Assembly (NCBI GenBank): GCA_964057225.1
Contig: OZ059896.1
Span: 62,001 to 126,000, forward strand
Reading direction: 5' to 3'
Length of the DNA: 64,000 nucleotides
Source of the DNA: Auanema rhodensis
Lineage: Eukaryota; Animalia; Nematoda
Part shown: piece after piece, positions 27,812 through 41,500 of the stretch
Layout of the letters: each line of letters starts with the position of its first letter
Numbering within the stretch: position 1 is the stretch's first letter
Translations under genes and position numbers: made by a program
The notes under the pieces: model-generated
Told to the model about the DNA's origin: nothing
Databases searched by the model: none
Seen by the model: only the letters and a program-made list of their open reading frames with translations

Positions 27812-30800
27812 AAAACCGCATCTCTTTATCTTTCACGTGAAGCGAGTTACATACCAAGTGCACATCACGTGTACATTTAATTAGCATAAATTAAAGTTCA
27901 CGTAAATTTCAAAGTCATGGTTACCATGAACCAATATCAATAAAAATTTGTTTTTAGACTAATATGGACATGGGGAATCTAAATTTGAAAACCGCATCTC
28001 TTTATCTTTCACGTGAAGCGAGTTACATACCAAGTGCACATCACGTGTACATCTAATTAGCATAAATTAAAGTTCACGTAACTTTCAAAGTCATGGTTAC
28101 CATGCACCAATATCAATAAAAATTTGTTTTTAGACTAATATGGACATGGGGAATCTAATTTTGAAAACCGCATCTCTTTATCTTTCACGTGAAGCGAGTT
28201 ACATACCAAGTGCACATCACGTGTACATTTAATTAGCATAAATTAAAGTTCACGTAAATTTCAAAGTCATGGTTACCATGCACCAATATCAATAAAAATT
28301 TGTTTTTAGACTAATATGGACATGGGGAATCTAATTTTGAAAACCGCATCTCTTTATCTTTCAAGTGAAGCGAGTTACATACCAAGTGCACATCACGTGT
28401 ACATTTAATTAGCATAAATTAAAGTTCAAGTAAATTTCAAAGTCATGGTTACCATGAACCAATATCAATAAAAATTTGTTTTTAGACTAATATGGACATG
28501 GGGAATCTAATTTTGAAAACCGCATCTCTTTATCTTTCACGTGAAGCGAGTTACATACCAAGTGCACATCACGTGTACATTTAATTAGCATAAATTAAAG
28601 TTCACGTAAATTTCAAAGTCATGGTTACCATGAACCAATATCAATAAAAATTTGTTTTTAGACTAATATGGACATGGGGAATCTAATTTTGAAAACCGCA
28701 TCTCTTTATCTTTCACGTGAAGCGAGTTACATACCAAGTGCACATCACGTGTACATTTAATTAGCATAAATTAAAGTTCACGTAAATTTCAAAGTCATGG
28801 TTACCATGCACCAATATCAATAAAAATTTGTTTTTAAACTAATATGGACATGGGGAATCTAATTTTGAAAACCGCATCTCTTTATCTTTCACGTGAAGCG
28901 AGTTACATACCAAGTGCACATCACGTGTACATTTAATTAGCATAAATTAAAGTTCACGTAAATTTCAAAGTCATGGTTACCATGAACCAATATCAATAAA
29001 AATTTGTTTTTAGACTAATATGGACATGGGGAATCTAATTTTGAAAACCTCATCTCTTTATCTTTCACGTGAAGCGAGTTACATACCAAGTGCACATCAC
29101 GTGTACATTTAATTAGCATAAATTAAAGTTCACGTAAATTTCAAAGTCATGGTTACCATGCACCAATATCAATAAAAATTTGTTTTTAGACTAATATGGA
29201 AATGGGGAATCTAATTTTGAAAACCGCATCTCTTTATCTTTCAAGTGAAGCGAGTTACATACCAAGTGCACATCACGTGTACATTTAATTAGCATAAATT
29301 AAAGTTCACGTAAATTTCAAAGTCATGGTTACCATGAACCAATATCAATAAAAATTTGTTTTTAGACTAATATGGACATGGGGAATCTAATTTTGAAAAC
29401 CGCATCTCTTTATCTTTCACGTGAAGCGAGTTACATACCAAGAGCACATCACGTGTACATTTAATTAGCATAAATTAAAGTTCACGTAAATTTCAAAGTC
29501 ATGGTTACCATGCACCAATATCAATAAAAATTTGTTTTTAGACTAATATGGACATGGGGAATCTAATTTTGAAAACCGCATCTCTTTATCTTTCACGTGA
29601 AGCGAGTTACATACCAAGAGCACATCACGTGTACATTTAACTAGCATAAATTAAAGTTCACGTAAATTTCAAAGTCATGGTTACCATGAACCAATATCAA
29701 TAAAAATTTGTTTTTAGACTAATATGGACATGGGGAATCTAAATTTGAAAACCGCATCTCTTTATCTTTCACGTGAAGCGAGTTACATACCAAGTGCACA
29801 TCACGTGTACATCTAATTAGCATAAATTAAAGTTCACGTAACTTTCAAAGTCATGGTTACCATGCACCAATATCAATAAAAATTTGTTTTTAGACTAATA
29901 TGGACATGGGGAATCTAATTTTGAAAACCGCATCTCTTTATCTTTCACGTGAAGCGAGTTACATACCAAGTGCACATCACGTGTACATTTAATTAGCATA
30001 AATTAAAGTTCACGTAAATTTCAAAGTCATGGTTACCATGCACCAATATCAATAAAAATTTGTTTTTAGACTAATATGGACATGGGGAATCTAATTTTGA
30101 AAACCGCATCTCTTTATCTTTCAAGTGAAGCGAGTTACATACCAAGTGCACATCACGTGTACATTTAATTAGCATAAATTAAAGTTCAAGTAAATTTCAA
30201 AGTCATGGTTACCATGAACCAATATCAATAAAAATTTGTTTTTAGACTAATATGGACATGGGGAATCTAATTTTGAAAACCGCATCTCTTTATCTTTCAC
30301 GTGAAGCGAGTTACATACCAAGTGCACATCACGTGTACATTTAATTAGCATAAATTAAAGTTCACGTAAATTTCAAAGTCATGGTTACCATGAACCAATA
30401 TCAATAAAAATTTGTTTTTAGACTAATATGGACATGGGGAATCTAATTTTGAAAACCGCATCTCTTTATCTTTCACGTGAAGCGAGTTACATACCAAGTG
30501 CACATCACGTGTACATTTAATTAGCATAAATTAAAGTTCACGTAAATTTCAAAGTCATGGTTACCATGCACCAATATCAATAAAAATTTGTTTTTAAACT
30601 AATATGGACATGGGGAATCTAATTTTGAAAACCGCATCTCTTTATCTTTCACGTGAAGCGAGTTACATACCAAGTGCACATCACGTGTACATTTAATTAG
30701 CATAAATTAAAGTTCACGTAAATTTCAAAGTCATGGTTACCATGAACCAATATCAATAAAAATTTGTTTTTAGACTAATATGGACATGGGGAATCTAATT

Positions 30801-31331
30801 TTGAAAACCTCATCTCTTTATCTTTCACGTGAAGCGAGTTACATACCAAGTGCACATCACGTGTACATTTAATTAGCATAAATTAAAGTTCACGTAAATT
30901 TCAAAGTCATGGTTACCATGCACCAATATCAATAAAAATTTGTTTTTAGACTAATATGGAAATGGGGAATCTAATTTTGAAAACCGCATCTCTTTATCTT
31001 TCAAGTGAAGCGAGTTACATACCAAGTGCACATCACGTGTACATTTAATTAGCATAAATTAAAGTTCACGTAAATTTCAAAGTCATGGTTACCATGAACC
31101 AATATCAATAAAAATTTGTTTTTAGACTAATATGGACATGGGGAATCTAATTTTGAAAACCGCATCTCTTTATCTTTCACGTGAAGCGAGTTACATACCA
31201 AGAGCACATCACGTGTACATTTAATTAGCATAAATTAAAGTTCACGTAAATTTCAAAGTCATGGTTACCATGCACCAATATCAATAAAAATTTGTTTTTA
31301 GACTAATATGGACATGGGGAATCTAATTTTG
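27812..31331. repeat. 10-monomer tandem block duplication (offset 1760 bp)
   Basis: CTAAATTTG ~27983/29743, ACATCTAA+GTAACTT, TCAAGTG+TTCAAGTA ~28364/30124, TTTAAACT, AACCTCAT 29050/30810, GGAAATG, CCAAGAGC 29443/31203. Confidence 0.9.
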
Positions 31332-34300
31332 AAAACCGCATCTCTTTATCTTTCACGTGAAGCGAGTTACATACCAAGTGCACATCACGTGTACATTTAA
31401 TTAGCATAAATTAAAGTTCACGTAAATTTCAAAGTCATGGTTACCATGCACCAATATCAATAAAAATTTGTTTTTAGACTAATATGGACATGGGGAATCT
31501 AATTTTGAAAACCGCATATCTTTATCTTTCACGTGAAGCGAGTTACATACCAAGTGCACATCACGTGTACATTTAATTAGCATAAATTAAAGTTCACGTA
31601 AATTTCAAAGTCATGGTTACCATGAACCAATATCAATAAAAATTTGTTTTTAGACTAATATGGAGATGGGGAATCTAATTTTGAAAACCGCATCTCTTTA
31701 TCTTTCACGTGAAGCGAGTTACATACCAAGAGCACATCACGTGTACATTTAACTAGCATAAATTAAAGTTCACGTAAATTTCAAAGTCATGGTTACCATG
31801 CACCAATATCAATAAAAATTTGTTTTTAAACTAATATGGACATGGGGAATCTAATTTTGAAAACCGCATCTCTTTATCTTTCACGTGAAGCGAGTTACAT
31901 ACCAAGTGCACATCACGTGTACATTTAATTAGCATAAATTAAAGTTCACGTAAATTTCAAAGTCATGGTTACCATGCACCAATATCAATAAAAATTTGTT
32001 TTTAGACTAATATGGACATGGGGAATCTAATTTTGAAAACCGCATCTCTTTATCTTTCACGTGAAGCGAGTTACATACCAAGTGCACATCACGTGTACAT
32101 TTAATTAGCATAAATTAAAGTTCACGTAAATTTCAAAGTCATGGTTACCATGAACCAATATCAATAAAAATTTGTTTTTAGACTAATATGGACATGGGGA
32201 ATCTAATTTTGAAAACCGCATCTCTTTATCTTTCACGTGAAGCGAGTTACATACCAAGTGCACATCACGTGTACATTTAATTAGCATAAATTAAAGTTCA
32301 CGTAAATTTCAAAGTCATGGTTACCATGAACCAATATCAATAAAAATTTGTTTTTAGACTAATATGGACATGGGGAATCTAAATTTGAAAACCGCATCTC
32401 TTTATCTTTCACGTGAAGCGAGTTACATACCAAGTGCACATCACGTGTACATCTAATTAGCATAAATTAAAGTTCACGTAACTTTCAAAGTCATGGTTAC
32501 CATGCACCAATATCAATAAAAATTTGTTTTTAGACTAATATGGACATGGGGAATCTAATTTTGAAAACCGCATCTCTTTATCTTTCACGTGAAGCGAGTT
32601 ACATACCAAGTGCACATCACGTGTACATTTAATTAGCATAAATTAAAGTTCACGTAAATTTCAAAGTCATGGTTACCATGCACCAATATCAATAAAAATT
32701 TGTTTTTAGACTAATATGGACATGGGAAATCTAATTTTGAAAACCGCATCTCTTTATCTTTCAAGTGAAGCGAGTTACATACCAAGTGCACATCACGTGT
32801 ACATTTAATTAGCATAAATTAAAGTTCAAGTAAATTTCAAAGTCATGGTTACCATGAACCAATATCAATAAAAATTTGTTTTTAGACTAATATGGACATG
32901 GGGAATCTAATTTTGAAAACCACATCTCTTTATCTTTCACGTGAAGCGAGTTACATACCAAGTGCACATCACGTGTACATTTAATTAGCATAAATTAAAG
33001 TTCACGTAAATTTCAAAGTCATGGTTACCATGAACCAATATCAATAAAAATTTGTTTTTAGACTAATATGGACATGGGGAATCTAATTTTGAAAACCGCA
33101 TCTCTTTATCTTTCACGTGAAGCGAGTTACATACCAAGTGCACATCACGTGTACATTTAATTAGCATAAATTAAAGTTCACGTAAATTTCAAAGTCATGG
33201 TTACCATGCACCAATATCAATAAAAATTTGTTTTTAGACTAATATGGACATGGGGAATCTAATTTTGAAAACCGCATCTCTTTATCTTTCACGTGAAGCG
33301 AGTTACATACCAAGTGCACATCACGTGTACATTTAATTAGCATAAATTAAAGTTCACGTAAATTTCAAAGTCATGGTTACCATGAACCAATATCAATAAA
33401 AATTTGTTTTTAGACTAATATGGACATGGGGAATCTAATTTTGAAAACCGCATCTCTTTATCTTTCACGTGAAGCGAGTTACATACCAAGTGCACATCAC
33501 GTGTACATTTAATTAGCATAAATTAAAGTTCACGTAAATTTCAAAGTCATGGTTACCATGAACCAATATCAATGAAAATTTGTTTTTAGACTAATATGGA
33601 CATGGGGAATCTAAATTTGAAAACCGCATCTCTTTATCTTTCACGTGAAGCGAGTTACATACCAAGTGCACATCACGTGTACATCTAATTAGCATAAATT
33701 AAAGTTCACGTAACTTTCAAAGTCATGGTTACCATGCACCAATATCAATAAAAATTTGTTTTTAGACTAATATGGACATGGGGAATCTAATTTTGAAAAC
33801 CGCATCTCTTTATCTTTCACGTGAAGCGAGTTACATACCAAGTGCACATCACGTGTACATTTAATTAGCATAAATTAAAGTTCACGTAAATTTCAAAGTC
33901 ATGGTTACCATGAACCAATATCAATAAAAATTTGTTTTTAGACTAATATGGACATGGGGAATCTAATTTTGAAAACCTCATCTCTTTATCTTTCACGTGA
34001 AGCGAGTTACATACCAAGTGCACATCACGTGTACATTTAATTAGCATAAATTAAAGTTCACGTAAATTTCAAAGTCATGGTTACCATGCACCAATATCAA
34101 TAAAAATTTGTTTTTAGACTAATATGGAAATGGGGAATCTAATTTTGAAAACCGCATCTCTTTATCTTTCAAGTGAAGCGAGTTACATACCAAGTGCACA
34201 TCACGTGTACATTTAATTAGCATAAATTAAAGTTCACGTAAATTTCAAAGTCATGGTTACCATGAACCAATATCAATAAAAATTTGTTTTTAGACTAATA

Positions 34301-37300
34301 TGGACATGGGGAATCTAATTTTGAAAACCGCATCTCTTTATCTTTCACGTGAAGCGAGTTACATACCAAGAGCACATCACGTGTACATTTAATTAGCATA
34401 AATTAAAGTTCACGTAAATTTCAAAGTCATGGTTACCATGCACCAATATCAATAAAAATTTGTTTTTAGACTAATATGGACATGGGGAATCTAATTTTGA
34501 AAACCGCATCTCTTTATCTTTCACGTGAAGCGAGTTACATACCAAGTGCACATCACGTGTACATTTAATTAGCATAAATTAAAGTTCACGTAAATTTCAA
34601 AGTCATGGTTACCATGCACCAATATCAATAAAAATTTGTTTTTAGACTAATATGGACATGGGGAATCTAATTTTGAAAACCGCATATCTTTATCTTTCAC
34701 GTGAAGCGAGTTACATACCAAGTGCACATCACGTGTACATTTAATTAGCATAAATTAAAGTTCACGTAAATTTCAAAGTCATGGTTACCATGAACCAATA
34801 TCAATAAAAATTTGTTTTTAGACTAATATGGACATGGGGAATCTAATTTTGAAAACCGCATCTCTTTATCTTTCACGTGAAGCGAGTTACATACCAAGAG
34901 CACATCACGTGTACATTTAACTAGCATAAATTAAAGTTCACGTAAATTTCAAAGTCATGGTTACCATGCACCAATATCAATAAAAATTTGTTTTTAAACT
35001 AATATGGACATGGGGAATCTAATTTTGAAAACCGCATCTCTTTATCTTTCACGTGAAGCGAGTTACATACCAAGTGCACATCACGTGTACATTTAATTAG
35101 CATAAATTAAAGTTCACGTAAATTTCAAAGTCATGGTTACCATGCACCAATATCAATAAAAATTTGTTTTTAGACTAATATGGACATGGGGAATCTAATT
35201 TTGAAAACCGCATATCTTTATCTTTCACGTGAAGCGAGTTACATACCAAGTGCACATCACGTGTACATTTAATTAGCATAAATTAAAGTTCACGTAAATT
35301 TCAAAGTCATGGTTACCATGAACCAATATCAATAAAAATTTGTTTTTAGACTAATATGGAGATGGGGAATCTAATTTTGAAAACCGCATCTCTTTATCTT
35401 TCACGTGAAGCGAGTTACATACCAAGAGCACATCACGTGTACATTTAACTAGCATAAATTAAAGTTCACGTAAATTTCAAAGTCATGGTTACCATGCACC
35501 AATATCAATAAAAATTTGTTTTTAAACTAATATGGACATGGGGAATCTAATTTTGAAAACCGCATCTCTTTATCTTTCACGTGAAGCGAGTTACATACCA
35601 AGTGCACATCACGTGTACATTTAATTAGCATAAATTAAAGTTCACGTAAATTTCAAAGTCATGGTTACCATGCACCAATATCAATAAAAATTTGTTTTTA
35701 GACTAATATGGACATGGGGAATCTAATTTTGAAAACCGCATCTCTTTATCTTTCACGTGAAGCGAGTTACATACCAAGTGCACATCACGTGTACATTTAA
35801 TTAGCATAAATTAAAGTTCACGTAAATTTCAAAGTCATGGTTACCATGAACCAATATCAATAAAAATTTGTTTTTAGACTAATATGGACATGGGGAATCT
35901 AATTTTGAAAACCGCATCTCTTTATCTTTCACGTGAAGCGAGTTACATACCAAGTGCACATCACGTGTACATTTAATTAGCATAAATTAAAGTTCACGTA
36001 AATTTCAAAGTCATGGTTACCATGAACCAATATCAATAAAAATTTGTTTTTAGACTAATATGGACATGGGGAATCTAAATTTGAAAACCGCATCTCTTTA
36101 TCTTTCACGTGAAGCGAGTTACATACCAAGTGCACATCACGTGTACATCTAATTAGCATAAATTAAAGTTCACGTAACTTTCAAAGTCATGGTTACCATG
36201 CACCAATATCAATAAAAATTTGTTTTTAGACTAATATGGACATGGGGAATCTAATTTTGAAAACCGCATCTCTTTATCTTTCACGTGAAGCGAGTTACAT
36301 ACCAAGTGCACATCACGTGTACATTTAATTAGCATAAATTAAAGTTCACGTAAATTTCAAAGTCATGGTTACCATGCACCAATATCAATAAAAATTTGTT
36401 TTTAGACTAATATGGACATGGGAAATCTAATTTTGAAAACCGCATCTCTTTATCTTTCAAGTGAAGCGAGTTACATACCAAGTGCACATCACGTGTACAT
36501 TTAATTAGCATAAATTAAAGTTCAAGTAAATTTCAAAGTCATGGTTACCATGAACCAATATCAATAAAAATTTGTTTTTAGACTAATATGGACATGGGGA
36601 ATCTAATTTTGAAAACCACATCTCTTTATCTTTCACGTGAAGCGAGTTACATACCAAGTGCACATCACGTGTACATTTAATTAGCATAAATTAAAGTTCA
36701 CGTAAATTTCAAAGTCATGGTTACCATGAACCAATATCAATAAAAATTTGTTTTTAGACTAATATGGACATGGGGAATCTAATTTTGAAAACCGCATCTC
36801 TTTATCTTTCACGTGAAGCGAGTTACATACCAAGTGCACATCACGTGTACATTTAATTAGCATAAATTAAAGTTCACGTAAATTTCAAAGTCATGGTTAC
36901 CATGCACCAATATCAATAAAAATTTGTTTTTAGACTAATATGGACATGGGGAATCTAATTTTGAAAACCGCATCTCTTTATCTTTCACGTGAAGCGAGTT
37001 ACATACCAAGTGCACATCACGTGTACATTTAATTAGCATAAATTAAAGTTCACGTAAATTTCAAAGTCATGGTTACCATGAACCAATATCAATAAAAATT
37101 TGTTTTTAGACTAATATGGACATGGGGAATCTAATTTTGAAAACCGCATCTCTTTATCTTTCACGTGAAGCGAGTTACATACCAAGTGCACATCACGTGT
37201 ACATTTAATTAGCATAAATTAAAGTTCACGTAAATTTCAAAGTCATGGTTACCATGAACCAATATCAATGAAAATTTGTTTTTAGACTAATATGGACATG

Positions 37301-38547
37301 GGGAATCTAAATTTGAAAACCGCATCTCTTTATCTTTCACGTGAAGCGAGTTACATACCAAGTGCACATCACGTGTACATCTAATTAGCATAAATTAAAG
37401 TTCACGTAACTTTCAAAGTCATGGTTACCATGCACCAATATCAATAAAAATTTGTTTTTAGACTAATATGGACATGGGGAATCTAATTTTGAAAACCGCA
37501 TCTCTTTATCTTTCACGTGAAGCGAGTTACATACCAAGTGCACATCACGTGTACATTTAATTAGCATAAATTAAAGTTCACGTAAATTTCAAAGTCATGG
37601 TTACCATGAACCAATATCAATAAAAATTTGTTTTTAGACTAATATGGACATGGGGAATCTAATTTTGAAAACCTCATCTCTTTATCTTTCACGTGAAGCG
37701 AGTTACATACCAAGTGCACATCACGTGTACATTTAATTAGCATAAATTAAAGTTCACGTAAATTTCAAAGTCATGGTTACCATGCACCAATATCAATAAA
37801 AATTTGTTTTTAGACTAATATGGAAATGGGGAATCTAATTTTGAAAACCGCATCTCTTTATCTTTCAAGTGAAGCGAGTTACATACCAAGTGCACATCAC
37901 GTGTACATTTAATTAGCATAAATTAAAGTTCACGTAAATTTCAAAGTCATGGTTACCATGAACCAATATCAATAAAAATTTGTTTTTAGACTAATATGGA
38001 CATGGGGAATCTAATTTTGAAAACCGCATCTCTTTATCTTTCACGTGAAGCGAGTTACATACCAAGAGCACATCACGTGTACATTTAATTAGCATAAATT
38101 AAAGTTCACGTAAATTTCAAAGTCATGGTTACCATGCACCAATATCAATAAAAATTTGTTTTTAGACTAATATGGACATGGGGAATCTAATTTTGAAAAC
38201 CGCATCTCTTTATCTTTCACGTGAAGCGAGTTACATACCAAGTGCACATCACGTGTACATTTAATTAGCATAAATTAAAGTTCACGTAAATTTCAAAGTC
38301 ATGGTTACCATGCACCAATATCAATAAAAATTTGTTTTTAGACTAATATGGACATGGGGAATCTAATTTTGAAAACCGCATATCTTTATCTTTCACGTGA
38401 AGCGAGTTACATACCAAGTGCACATCACGTGTACATTTAATTAGCATAAATTAAAGTTCACGTAAATTTCAAAGTCATGGTTACCATGAACCAATATCAA
38501 TAAAAATTTGTTTTTAGACTAATATGGACATGGGGAATCTAATTTTG
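31332..38547. repeat. 21-monomer block duplication (offset 3696 bp)
   Basis: GCATATCT 31518/35214, TGGAGATG ~31665/35361, GGGAAATC 32727/36423, ACCACATC 32922/36618, CAATGAAA 33574/37270, AACCTCAT ~33978/37674, GCATATCT ~34686/38382. Confidence 0.9.
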
Positions 38548-41500
38548 AAAACCGCATCTCTTTATCTTTCACGTGAAGCGAGTTACATACCAAGTGCACA
38601 TCACGTGTACATTTAATTAGCATAAATTAAAGTTCACGTAAATTTCAAAGTCATGGTTACCATGCACCAATATCAATAAAAATTTGTTTTTAGACTAATA
38701 TGGACATGGGGAATCTAATTTTGAAAACCGCATCTCTTTATCTTTCACGTGAAGCGAGTTACATACCAAGTGCACATCACGTGTACATTTAATTAGCATA
38801 AATTAAAGTTCACGTAAATTTCAAAGTCATGGTTACCATGAACCAATATCAATAAAAATTTGTTTTTAGACTAATATGGACATGGGGAATCTAATTTTGA
38901 AAACCGCATCTCTTTATCTTTCACGTGAAGCGAGTTACATACCAAGTGCACATCACGTGTACATTTAATTAGCATAAATTAAAGTTCACGTAAATTTCAA
39001 AGTCATGGTTACCATGAACCAATATCAATAAAAATTTGTTTTTAGACTAATATGGACATGGGGAATCTAAATTTGAAAACCGCATCTCTTTATCTTTCAC
39101 GTGAAGCGAGTTACATACCAAGTGCACATCACGTGTACATCTAATTAGCATAAATTAAAGTTCACGTAACTTTCAAAGTCATGGTTACCATGCACCAATA
39201 TCAATAAAAATTTGTTTTTAGACTAATATGGACATGGGGAATCTAATTTTGAAAACCGCATCTCTTTATCTTTCACGTGAAGCGAGTTACATACCAAGTG
39301 CACATCACGTGTACATTTAATTAGCATAAATTAAAGTTCACGTAAATTTCAAAGTCATGGTTACCATGCACCAATATCAATAAAAATTTGTTTTTAGACT
39401 AATATGGACATGGGGAATCTAATTTTGAAAACCGCATCTCTTTATCTTTCAAGTGAAGCGAGTTACATACCAAGTGCACATCACGTGTACATTTAATTAG
39501 CATAAATTAAAGTTCAAGTAAATTTCAAAGTCATGGTTACCATGAACCAATATCAATAAAAATTTGTTTTTAGACTAATATGGACATGGGGAATCTAATT
39601 TTGAAAACCACATCTCTTTATCTTTCACGTGAAGCGAGTTACATACCAAGTGCACATCACGTGTACATTTAATTAGCATAAATTAAAGTTCACGTAAATT
39701 TCAAAGTCATGGTTACCATGAACCAATATCAATAAAAATTTGTTTTTAGACTAATATGGACATGGGGAATCTAATTTTGAAAACCGCATCTCTTTATCTT
39801 TCACGTGAAGCGAGTTACATACCAAGTGCACATCACGTGTACATTTAATTAGCATAAATTAAAGTTCACGTAAATTTCAAAGTCATGGTTACCATGCACC
39901 AATATCAATAAAAATTTGTTTTTAGACTAATATGGACATGGGGAATCTAATTTTGAAAACCGCATCTCTTTATCTTTCACGTGAAGCGAGTTACATACCA
40001 AGTGCACATCACGTGTACATTTAATTAGCATAAATTAAAGTTCACGTAAATTTCAAAGTCATGGTTACCATGAACCAATATCAATAAAAATTTGTTTTTA
40101 GACTAATATGGACATGGGGAATCTAATTTTGAAAACCGCATCTCTTTATCTTTCACGTGAAGCGAGTTACATACCAAGTGCACATCACGTGTACATTTAA
40201 TTAGCATAAATTAAAGTTCACGTAAATTTCAAAGTCATGGTTACCATGAACCAATATCAATAAAAATTTGTTTTTAGACTAATATGGACATGGGGAATCT
40301 AAATTTGAAAACCGCATCTCTTTATCTTTCACGTGAAGCGAGTTACATACCAAGTGCACATCACGTGTACATCTAATTAGCATAAATTAAAGTTCACGTA
40401 ACTTTCAAAGTCATGGTTACCATGCACCAATATCAATAAAAGTTTGTTTTTAGACTAATATGGACATGGGGATTCTAATTTTGAAAACCGCATCTCTTTA
40501 TCTTTCACGTGAAGCGAGTTACATACCAAGTGCACATCACGTGTACATTTAATTAGCATAAATTAAAGTTCACGTAAATTTCAAAGTCATGGTTACCATG
40601 CACCAATATCAATAAAAATTTGTTTTTAGACTAATATGGACATGGGGAATCTAATTTTGAAAACCGCATCTCTTTATCTTTCAAGTGAAGCGAGTTACAT
40701 ACCAAGTGCACATCACGTGTACATTTAATTAGCATAAATTAAAGTTCAAGTAAATTTCAAAGTCATGGTTACCATGAACCAATATCAATAAAAATTTGTT
40801 TTTAGACTAATATGGACATGGGGAATCTAATTTTGAAAACCGCATCTCTTTATCTTTCACTTGAAGCGAGTTACATACCAAGTGCACATCACGTGTACAT
40901 TTAATTAGCATAAATTAAAGTTCACGTAAATTTCAAAGTCATGGTTACCATGAACCAATATCAATAAAAATTTGTTTTTAGACTAATATGGACATGGGGA
41001 ATCTAATTTTGAAAACCGCATCTCTTTATCTTTCACGTGAAGCGAGTTACATACCAAGTGCACATCACGTGTACATTTAATTAGCATAAATTAAAGTTCA
41101 CGTAAATTTCAAAGTCATGGTTACCATGCACCAATATCAATAAAAATTTGTTTTTAAACTAATATGGACATGGGGAATCTAATTTTGAAAACCGCATCTC
41201 TTTATCTTTCACGTGAAGCGAGTTACATACCAAGTGCACATCACGTGTACATTTAATTAGCATAAATTAAAGTTCACGTAAATTTCAAAGTCATGGTTAC
41301 CATGAACCAATATCAATAAAAATTTGTTTTTAGACTAATATGGACATGGGGAATCTAATTTTGAAAACCGCATCTCTTTATCTTTCACGTGAAGCGAGTT
41401 ACATACCAAGTGCACATCACGTGTACATTTAATTAGCATAAATTAAAGTTCACGTAAATTTCAAAGTCATGGTTACCATGAACCAATATCAATAAAAATT